In this document: piece after piece, positions 39,780 through 50,577 of the stretch
Numbering within the stretch: position 1 is the stretch's first letter
How the letters are laid out: every line of letters begins with the position of its first letter
Program-made: the position numbers and the translations under genes
Source: Carcharhinus amblyrhynchos
Taxonomy: Eukaryota
Assembly (NCBI GenBank): GCA_965287045.1
Contig: OZ336896.1
Location: 35,278,001 to 35,342,000, forward strand
DNA length: 64,000 nucleotides
Direction of reading: 5' to 3'
Notes under the pieces: generated by a model
Told to the model about the DNA's origin: nothing
Database searches by the model: none
Seen by the model: the letters and a program-made list of their open reading frames with translations, nothing else

Positions 39780-40336
39780 TGAACCCACGTGACCAAACGG
39801 GGCGGTCGATCGGGAGCTGAAAAAAAAGCCATTTTGTGTGAGGAGTGTGTGTTAGAGAGCTCCAGCCAAACACTCTTCCTTCGCTCGATTACTCGCACCA
39901 GAGACGGCGGGGGCCAGGCGAGCAGGTAGGGGCCGCTTTCAAAAATATTCGGCTGGCCGGCCAGCCTGGGGGAGAGGGCTGGGACTCCTCCAGATGCCTT
40001 TAGTTGAACGAAAATTAGTGGTGCGAGATCAGTTGACATCCTTTCGCTGTTTCTGTTTCAAGATGGCCGCTTGCCTTCAATTCAATTGCACCGATCCTGC
40101 TACTTTGCATTGTTTTTGCTCCTTCTGCCGGTTGCTCCGGTGCCCATTGTGGCCCCAGGCTCTGGGGTTGACCTCAGGCAGTCCCTGTGCCTGGCAGGCG
40201 GGTTCAGCAGCCGCCTCTGGCTGCTGCATTTGTTCCAGGTTTGGAGTTGGTTCTCTGTGCCTTTAGTGCTCTCTCTCTCCCTCCGTCTCTCTACCCTTTT
40301 TTTAAACAGTGCCGAGTTTCCCGACGCCGCAGCACT

Positions 40337-40369
<33 letters not shown>

Positions 40370-40860
40370 ACCAGCGCCCAATTAAGTTCGAATTCACCCC
40401 TTCCCCCCGACCCAGTCTCTCCCCTCCGGCACCACACCAAAGGTCAGACTCCCGGCTCTCGGTCTGTGCTCACTCTGGAGCCCGGTTTTCTTCCCAATCT
40501 CTCCGCCGAGCTCTGGAAGAGACGGTCCGTCCGGCCCGGGCAGCCTCGTGTGTGGAGAATCGAGTGGGCAGCCCCGATATCTCCTCCGATTTCAACTTTA
40601 CCCCGGTCTCTCACCGCCACGATTTTATAGAATTCGGATCTGCAGAGGGTGCAGATTGTCAGGGCGAGAGTCCCGGGGCGATCCCGTTCAGCCCGGGGCT
40701 TTTACGAACTTATTGCGCCCGGGTCCTGTGGTGTAACACTTACAAGTCGGGTCGGCTTTCTGCCCCCTCCCTCCCCCGTTACAACCCGGGTTTATCAGGG
40801 CGGTTGCTGGCAGCTCAACCTTCACAGTCTTATCTAGATACCTGGGACAAGGGGAGAGAG
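39780..40860 (+). promoter_or_regulatory. CpG-island promoter and non-coding 5' exon(s) of the PCGF gene
   Basis: High GC and CpG. E-box CACGTG(AC) at 39786-91, GC box at ~39799, YY1-type GCCATTTT at 39828 and CAAGATGGCCGC at 40059. Candidate donors CAG|GTAGGG (39925/26) and CAG|GTTTGG (40238/39). The first coding exon has an acceptor only 17 nt before its ATG, so an upstream exon is required. Confidence 0.65.
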
Positions 40861-43800
40861 AGGGAAGTGAGGAGAGACTGTTTTATTCAATTTTTTTAAA
40901 ATTCGTGTGAGTGCAGGATTCGGAACAGCTTGTGTTCCACACAACCCCGCACACAAGGCGAAACGCAAAGCTGGTCGCAGAGATCTGGCCCCGACTGGTT
41001 ATAACGAAACTCCATTGGATCTCTTTATTTTTAAATGCGCCTGTTGTGTGTTTTGGACTAAAAGCTTGTTTTATTCCCTCCCCCACCACCACCACCACCC
41101 CTGATGGATGCAGTTTGGATACTAACTATCCCCCAGATTCGCAGCCTTTTAAAAATTGCCTCCACTCCCCAGCCAAAATGCACGAGTGTATCTTGTGAAA
41201 ATCGGTGAATGGAATGATATATATGTTATTATGTGGGACTCTGTAACCTGGGAGACGGTGTGGAAATTCAATTTTAATCTGGTTGTAGTTTGTGCTTTGT
41301 GAACTTGGTGCCATGCTTTGTGAAGGTCTTGCCGTCGATGGTGACACGAGTTATGTTAGCTTTCCCTCGGTGCTTTTTTTTTTGTAAATATATATTTTTT
41401 TAAGCCTGATTTCGGCGGTGACACTTCTGCAGCGGAGAGCTGAAATAATGGGCTGTAATCTGGGCGTGAAGTAACGAGGGTGATAATTTTACTCTTTTGG
41501 AAACGGTGTATATTTCTCTCTGATGGGAGATTCAGAGACACACAGCGTTAGCTTTTATCTTGTATATATTTTTCAGAGGGTACGCGAGTTTAGACTTGAG
41601 ACAGAGGCTGGAGTGAGTGTGTTTACGTGTGTGTGTGTATGTCTCGTTATGAGAAACATGCGCCTTTCTCCGCAGTTCCCAAATGAACTCCCCATCCATC
41701 CCCCCCCCTCCCCCGGAACCGCCCCCCCCCCCCTTCCCAACGTATAGAAATTGGGGCACAAGTGCCAGAATGGCCCATTGGCGATCAGTCTATGGGCCCA
41801 GGGAGCTGACGAGTCGGTCCAAGTTATAAGAATTGTCTGATCACACCGGGCATATGGGAGGAAAATTATTAACACACTAATCCGGTCTATAAATTGCTTC
41901 GAAATGCGCGGACGGCGTTGCTATGTTGTCGGGTGTAGGGTGAAAATTGCTGATTTCGTTCTTCCCCCCTGACTCCGCGATGGTGTTGTGATCTGGCGTT
42001 ACCGTGTCCAGTAACGAGTTTAAATTGAAGTGACCATTTTGGAGGAAGTCACAGTTTGATTTGTAGTTCTTTTTTGCTTGCTATCTGACACGTCCCCTGT
42101 CTCTCCCAATACCGAAAGCCATGTGGTTTAGCTCTTTGCTCTCTCTATATATATGGAAAAGAAAACACAAATCTTGACAAAAATCACGTGTCTGGTGTGT
42201 AGTATATCCGGGTTCCAGCCATTGCTGGAATAGAATAGCCACGCTGGTGTTAATAACCCGAAACATTCACAGAGTGTTGTTTCACGTGAGTCTGTTTAAC
42301 GTGTCCTTTCTGTTGTCGCGTTGAACCTGAGAGTTACCAGAGGATTGGGCGCCGCCGACTCCCGTTATTTGCCCGATCACTGATTGGGGTCCGAAGTTCT
42401 CCCTCTGTCAGGGTTTTGCCCGACAATGAATAATTAATTGACAAATCAAGGGAAAATGACAGAAGTGCGAGCCGATTAGGAGCTAAAATTTCGCAACACC
42501 TGGAGTAAAAGCGAAACCATGCATAGTTATCTAAGGAGATATACACGCAATAAAGGTGGCATGTATAGCTAACGGATTCCTGGCAATTAGAATGTCCTAT
42601 CCCTCCAGCACAGAATTCCTGCTTCTTGGTGTCAATGATTGTAAATGACACAAACACTGCTGATTTATTGATTAGAGTAATACCGCTCGACTTACTAAAC
42701 TGTAGACCGGTTTTTTAAAGTGTTCAATCTAGTACTTGCAAAGTTTATTATTTAAAGGATCTCTTTCTTTGACTTCCCTCACTCCATGCACCCCCCCACC
42801 TCCCCCCCCCCAACCCCGCCTCTCTCCTTTTATCAATATCTGCAGCCTGTAAGTCCATTGCAATGACAAGGCTGACTGCAGATGAATGAGGCACAAATGG
42901 GGGTTTTACTGTCGAAATGATATCACACGTAGGCCAGGCAAAAGGAAACTAACCACCTTCTGACACATTCGACAACCCGTACAATATGCAACACCAGTTA
43001 TTCTGCTCATAGGATTACATTGGGCCTCACGCAATATCATCCCTTAAAACGTTCAAGCTTAAAACAGTCACAGGATTTGATCTTTTGTCTGCCCCCATCA
43101 AACGAAACGTACATGTTATTCTGATACTTAAAGAAGACAAAAGCATTATCGACAAATATTTATTGTCGACGCTTTTCCAATGACAGGTTGGTAACTATTC
43201 AGCTGGAGTTTATCAAATTAGTTTGAAAATGACAAAGTCGTGCCGGGAAACTCCAGTTTTAATTTATTGCGACTCCCACCATCCCATCAGGCTGCGCACT
43301 ACTAAACTGTAGGCTGCCCTTGCTCTGAAAAGCAAGTTCACGGGTCAGAGGGGACAAGGAATGAAACGTAGGGGGATCCCCATCTCCGTTACAAGAACTG
43401 GAGAGGGCCTGACAGCTTTAGATCCCGCGGGACCCATCAGAAGTCATGGATTTCAGAACTCCGCAGTTAACATTTTTAGCAGACTTTTGCAATATTGACC
43501 CAAGTTGAGTTTCTTTAAGGTTGTTTATGGAACACATCCCTCTAACAAGACAGGCTGTTTAAAAGTCCCACGTAATTCCTGGCCGGTGTTCCCTCTCCAT
43601 CAGAAGGCCCACGTTGAACTGGAGAAACTGAGGTGTTCCAATTCAGGGTTTGAGTGTACACGTTTTTGTGTGGCCTTATCCATAAAGGGTACACCCATTG
43701 TACATTCGCACAGCAGCCCGTTGCTACAACAACCACCCAATGCACGCTACAGTTAAAGAAACCAGAGGCTTAGACAATCAAGTTGCATTAATTTAGGGAG

Positions 43801-45039
43801 CAGAACTTTTGTATAGAAAACGTCAGCTGGAAGCCAGCATTGTCGTTACTGTGCATGGTATAGGGATGATACATTGTTGTAGGTTCCATGTATAGACTTA
43901 AGTGGCATTATTGTGAAAAATAAGAGCAATCGCAGGCAGCTCTCGGAGACAGCGATTCCATTTCTACTGGTTTACCAAATATGTACCTTGCCTGATATAG
44001 AAAGATTCCGAAAGGTTGACTTTTAGTTTAAAAAATTGTACTCACTCGACCTGCATCTTGATGCAAAATAATATTAAATCCATTATAGAGAAACTTAGCT
44101 ACCTGAGCTGGACTGCTTTTCCTTTTAACAGTGCTTTGATTTTTTTTGTTACTGCGTTAAATTCACGGCAAGTCCAAGCGCATTAGTGACTTGGGAAGGT
44201 TGGCCGATTCCTTGCTGTTTTCCAACATCGCAGAGGCGAGAAATCTAATCCACCGCGAGAGTTAACTAAAGAAATGCATTGACTCTGACAGGAGCACGCA
44301 GGAGAAGCGCTGCGACCTCCAACCTTTCAGTGTCCTACCGCTGGCCAAAGATCTAATAGTCAGTAGTTACTGAGGTCCATTTTTTTTGGAAGGGGTTGGA
44401 GGGCTGGGGGTGGGTCGTGTCGAGGTGGAATGGTGGCGGGAGTGGTGGGGAGGTGCGTGGGTGCGAAGAAGCAGTAGAGGGGAGCGTCACGTGTAATGTA
44501 ATCTGCATCCGCTAAAACTCTGAATTTACAATCCCGGGAAGAGCTTGGTAACTTTATCAGATAAATCACTGCACGTAAAATAAAGCAGCAATGCTTGTCA
44601 ATTACTTCCATTCTGCAGCAGTTAAGTAAAAACAAGGAAAGCACAGACTGTTTTGTTTATTTCACATCTCCGTCAACAGCTGTTTCTTCCGACCTCTGGA
44701 TCACACTGTGTTGCAACTAACTTTTTGTTTGGGAAAACGGTTTCCCTACCGATTCCCCCAACCCCCCAGTCCCATGAGCAGTCCGTTTGGTGTCCAAATT
44801 AACTACTAGGAGATTGACCAGTTATTAAACTCTGGAATATGGTTTTAGCAAACCTGTTGCACTCACTGTTTTCTAAAGCCCGCAGTACAGGTAACTAGCA
44901 GGATGCACCTCCCCCACCCTCCAGTCCTGGTACCGGTGCTGCAGCAGCTTTCCACTCAGTCACTCAATCAGTCGGTTGGTGGGTCAAACTGTCATCTGAC
45001 TCCCAATGCAATACAGTACTTCAGTCATGTGGACAACCA

Positions 45040-46280
45040 CACATTCAAATACATAGACTCAAATACAGACTCAAATACGCAGACTCGAATACGCAGACTC
45101 AAATACATATTCAAATACACATTCACTCAAATGCACACACACACTCAAATACTCACACATTCACATACTCGTACACACTCAGATAAACACACTCAAATAC
45201 ACACACACTCAAACACACACAAACAAACACACTCAGATAAACATACTCAAATACACAAACACACACTCAAATGCACGCATTCATGCACACTTAAATGCAC
45301 ACAGTCAGACACACGCTAGACTCAAACATACACACTCAAACATACTCAAATACACTGAGTCAAACATACACTCACACAAATGCACCCACTCAAATACAAA
45401 CACTCACACTAACTCAAGCACGCATATTTAAATATGCACACACACTCAAGCACACCCCCTTAAATATACTGACTCAAAATCACACCCTCAACACTCTCAG
45501 TCAGATGCACACAAACATGCACTTAAATGCACACACTCAAACATACTCAAATACGCACTCAAACACACATCCTCAGCCAACACCCTCACTCAAACACCCT
45601 CACTCAAATGCATGCTGAAAAACAAACTCATAAATCCACAATCCAATGTACACACTCAAATGCACATACTGAAATACACACATTCGCTCAAACACACATC
45701 CACGCTCTCGAATACACACTCACTCAAGTGCACAGACTCAGACACACACAAATGTACTCACTCACTCAAACACACACACTCAAAAATGTTCATTCAGGAA
45801 GTACCAATAATCAAACATATAAATTCATTCAAACAAACATAAATACTCACATACTCAAACACACACGCTTGTTGAAGCAGCATATTTAAGCACACACACC
45901 GACACTCAAGCACAAACTCTCAAACCAACATATTCAAAGAAGCACACACACGCTTGCACACACTCACGCTTACACACACACTCAAACGCAGGCACAACAC
46001 TCAAACATATACATACACTTACACTCATATGCACACTGCCACATATTAAAAAACCGATATGTTCAAACAAAGTCAAACACAGACATACCTCAAGCATTCA
46101 CAGACTATTCCATACTCAGTCTAACAAACAATCTCAAATATATTCAATTACCCATAAACTTAAATACACACACACATACACACAAACCCAAATAGACACA
46201 CGCGCAATCGCACAAACCCAAATACACATACATGCATACACACAAACCCAAATACACGCACGCATACACACAAACCTAAA
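45040..46280. repeat. CA-rich degenerate repeat (cacactcaaa units), ending in a ~30-bp minisatellite (cacacaaacccaaata)
   Basis: Directly visible. Confidence 0.9.
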
Positions 46281-48223
46281 GATTCGTGATCCTCTCCACT
46301 AATTTGCTTCTTGAGTCTGCCTTGTGTTGATTCCCAAGATGAATTTTGCGAAGGACTGATTTGAATATTAGATGCAGCAAGGTGAGTTTCTCTACCCGCT
46401 TGCCTGGTTGGTTACTATTTTTGGACGAGGGAAATCTTACGAAGTGTAACGACGGTCGCTATAGTAACCAGGAGTGAGGACTGTAGCCGCTATCCACGTC
46501 ATGACACGTACAAGCCCACTGTGTGTCCCAGTTCATTTTCCTTTCTCGAAAGAGATTATTTGAAGGGCCACTGCTTTAGCGTTTCATTTATCCTCATATT
46601 TTTTCACATACATTTTCTTTTTGCGTGGCAGTTTCAGCCGCCGGCCGCGGGGGTGTGATAGTGCATTTTGAAAGCGATATTAACTTTCTCCAGCATCGAT
46701 TTAAGCGGCTGTGTATGTGTCCCGTGCAAAGCTTCACTCTGCATAATGAATTGCATGCTAAATGTTCATTGGATCATTTATCTGATTGTGTGTGGATCAA
46801 TGGCTATGAAAACCCGTGTATATCTGTGTGTGTGTGTGTGCATGTGTATGTGTGTGTGTTGAAGGGTGGGGGAGAGGGAGAAAGAGAGAACACACGACAG
46901 AGAATGGTTTCCCATTAAAACATCGAGTGAAAGGCAGAGGGGTTGGTAAATATTCCGTGTCAGCAATTTGAGTGTGCGTGTACAGCAGAGCTGTTGATAG
47001 TATACGGCGGGATTGGGAATATCCCTGATAGTACGTGTAGGACTGCTTACCATATGTGGACCCGGTCCAGCGACACTGTACACTCCGGTGGGACTAAGAA
47101 ACCAGGTAAAACGGTGTAGTGGGATCGGATACGGCAAGCCGCGCCGACCCGGTATGTTTACATCCAGCCTCCTCCCCTTGCCATCGAATTGTGCACCCCC
47201 GCCGTTCCTTCCATCCGATTCACGTCGCCCGTGATCAAGCCCATCGGATGTGGGCAACTACCTGTGTTACCTGGGCAACCGGGCAGCTCCCGGCGAAGGC
47301 CGCTCGGTTCTGATTAACCTTACTCGGGTAGATTGGCAGAGATGTGGTCTTTCCGAGGCCCCACTGGTGTCCACTGTTGTGTACACGCGTGTGTTTCATT
47401 GGCATATTCCTTGCAACATGTACCATTATCATTTCCAAAGGTGATTCACTGGCAGTTGTTCTCTGTACCGGTGCAATACAAATGGAGTAAGGACAGAATG
47501 GGATATATATCCTTCCTGTGCTTATAGAAAGCTGTAACTCCCTCATTCTTTCCCATAACATTTTCAAATTCGTACATTGTCACTGGTATGTGACTAACAC
47601 TCAAATTCAACTATACGCTAAATCAACGAATATTTCTAAGCCTGCGATTTTTAGACATTTTTTTCCTTTGTTCTCCCTTTCAAGTTTTGGAACCACTCAC
47701 GAAAAATATGAAAACCAGGCTGTAGTAAAGCAATTATATTATAAAATTATATTGTAGATATAACATCTCACATGCAATACCGACCTGTCCTTTTTTCTAA
47801 AGAATGCAGTGGTCAGTTTCTATCACGACCTCGCTGGCAGTGAGCGCTCGATATTTTCTGATTCAATAGTCCCTTTCGATAATCGATCACCGTCATTGTG
47901 CCGAAGCCTACAAAAGGGAACTGTCGGTGTGTTGTATTTGCCCCTCGATTTCAGAAGTGTCTCTTGTCTGCGCGTTCCACCTGCAGCTTTGACCTCGGTC
48001 TTAAAGCAGTGCCATTTAGTAAATTCGAGAGGAGCCTCTTGGTTATCGCTTCAAACTGCATTGCACCTGGCCCCATTGCACCATGCCTCGGCGACCAGAT
48101 CTGAAGCTTCTGTGTGAAGATGCTGGCGCTTTTTTTTTGGAAGGGACTAAACAGTAACAGTGATGCATGTACACTTCTTACATTTAGACAAGGAAGTCAC
48201 GTGCTGAATATTAGAATGAATGG

Positions 48224-48685
48224 AAATAAAAACAAAAACAAAGCTAGAAAATCTCAGCAGATCTGACAGCATCTGTGGAAGCCAGGATGTGGAGATGCTG
48301 GTGTGGGACTGGGGTGGGCACAGTAAGAAATCTTACAACACTAGATTAAAATACAACAGGTTTGTTTGGAAACATGAGCTTTCAGACTGCTGCTCCTTCC
48401 TCAGGTGAGTAAGGAAGGAGCAGCGCTCCTCACTCATCTGATGAAGGAGCAGTGCTCTGAAAGCTCATGAATTCAAATAAACCTGTTGGACTTTAATCTG
48501 TTGTGAGATTTCTTACAGCATCTGTGGAGAGAGAAGAGAGCCAATGTTTGGAGTCAGGATGATCCGGCAGGGCCAGATTGAAACATTAGCTCTCTTCTCT
48601 CTCCACTGATGCTATCAGACCTACTGAGGTTTTCAGCATTTTCATTTTTCATTCCAGATTCCAGCAGACACAGCATTTTGCCTTT
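48224..48685. mobile_element. Family A foldback element containing a nested family B element (48280-48514)
   Basis: Outer duplication atattagaatgaatgg (48208-23, 48686-701). Inner duplication acagcatctgtgga (48266-79, 48515-28). Confidence 0.85.
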
Positions 48686-50465
48686 ATATTAGAATGAATG
48701 GCCTTGCTTCTGTCATTTTTTTTTACACAACAGAAGTAACCACCTGCCACCCAACACCCTCCTCCATTCCCCAGCATATCTGCTGTTGATGTTTTAAGGG
48801 TAGGGCGTCACATGTAAGGATCCCTACTGAACAATTCATCAGTCATATCATCACTTCCTTTCTTGTTTGGGTGATGATGAGTTCAGGCTGCACCAACAGG
48901 CTGTGCATAGTTTTATCACAAAAGAAGACACGCTTTGGACTCGCATCATGTTTTCAGCATGCTCAACTTCCCAAAGTAGCCAGACCTCCTCCTCTTTATG
49001 AGATGGCATGTTTTAGAAATGTGTGTTATATATAGGATTGGATACACACATTGCTATTTATATCTACTTTTTAAGACAGTTGCTTGGCAACTGTGTCTAC
49101 ATATAAAAAGGTAGCATTTAGGTAAAACGGGCAACTGTTGGATGGTAAGGCAGTGATGTGGAGAAATGTATCACTCATTTGGTGTATAACTTTAGGCTGG
49201 GACCTCAGATATCCCATGTGGAGTTAGATTTCTAAATCACAATTCCTTTCACTTCCAATTGTTCCATTGGAGAATGTTACAAGCATTGAAGAAACTAATT
49301 AAAGTGTGCCTTTCAAGTGTTTAAGACAGATAGGTGCAACTCAACAAATCTCAACATATTTTTGCAAAATGCTAGCTATCCAACACTGTTGTTCACAACC
49401 AAATCAAATCTTTCTAAATGATGTTCCAGGTATAATTTTGTTTTTGAAAATGGCATTATATGAAATCAAAATGTCATCTAACTGCAAAACACAATGAAAG
49501 GTTTCTTGCTATATTTGAGAAGAAATGAGCCTGTTCATTAGAGTTGGGATATTGTAAGCACATTCCATAGGACTGGCTTACTGTTCCATTCAACAGGATA
49601 ACACCAACAATTCTTTCAACTCTACCTCTAGTTCCAACTGCAGAGATTGGAACATTTTATTTTGGAATGTGATGATGTACTTCAAATGTTAGTCAACTGA
49701 GTTTATGCATCTGTTATACCCATCCTCCCAAAGGAAGCTTGACCCCTCTGCTTCTGATGCAGCAGTCAACATGTTCATTTTTGAAAGATGACTTTCTTTC
49801 TCATTCTCTTTTGCTGACTCCTGCAGTAAAAAAGTAAGTTACCATATTACACACTTCTTCCGCTACAGTATTCTTGCTGTTTTGTAATACCTACAAACTG
49901 TCGTGTTTTCTGATTAAACAAATAGCAGGGTGACTAACAATATATTATCAAAGCTTCCAGATATTAGCATTTGTAATAATGCATCCAGTTCATTGCTGAA
50001 TAATCTAAGGAGTAACTTGTATTGTATTTCCCCTGGGTTCCAGTCCCTGTGTTGAGATTGTTGTCTGTTGGGGCAGTTTAGGGCCATTAAATATGGACAA
50101 ATTATTTTGGCTCTAAAGAGTCAGATTAACATATTTACTTACTTCACCTTATCTTGGGCCTAACCTGTGGCTTTGCCTCCCCACATGGTTATCTCTGGTT
50201 TGTTTATGGTTTTTACTTGCGTTTGTTCGTTTAGAATGCTTCTTAGCCTAGTTTCGTAAAACAACCCTTCTATTCAATGTTAGAAGTTCAAGAACTGGTA
50301 CAATCTAAGTGAAATTGTTGCAAGAAAAATATATTTATCATGTTTTTATTTAAGTCAAATTCTTTGGAAAGTGTTAGTAAACTTGTACATGAACTATAAT
50401 GCACCAAGCCCAAATCCAACAATGAATGTTCTTTTCTTATTTTTTCAGAGTCCATAGCAGCTAAA

Positions 50466-50577
50466 ATGCACAGAACCACCCGGATCAAAATCACAGAACT
50501 GAATCCTCATCTGATGTGTGCCCTATGCGGGGGATATTTTATAGATGCCACAACTATCATTGAATGTCTACACTCAT
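50466..50577 (+). CDS. pcgf2: PCGF2/BMI1-family Polycomb RING finger protein, coding exon 1 ([37 protein letters not shown])
   Basis: Near-identical to the BMI1/PCGF2 N-terminus. Polypyrimidine tract plus AG acceptor at 50447-48, 112 coding nt, donor GTGAGT at 50578. The family call is certain; pcgf2 versus bmi1 is an inference (~0.65). Confidence 0.96.

Noticed and set aside
10631-39780. COMMD3 or PSMB3 exons expected from human synteny
   Set aside because: No matching peptides were recognised in the ORF track or by eye. Short exons could have been missed, so tBLASTn is needed.
40309-40899. 196 aa ORF in the CpG island
   Set aside because: GC-rich stop-poor sequence, non-ATG start, includes a CT microsatellite, no homology recognised.
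44903-46097. His/Thr-rich ORFs
   Set aside because: Degenerate CA repeat.
46778-47257. 159 aa - strand ORF as a SPMAP1/C17orf98-like neighbour
   Set aside because: Only a trivial DHG..DG resemblance, a non-ATG start, and a C-terminus running into microsatellite.
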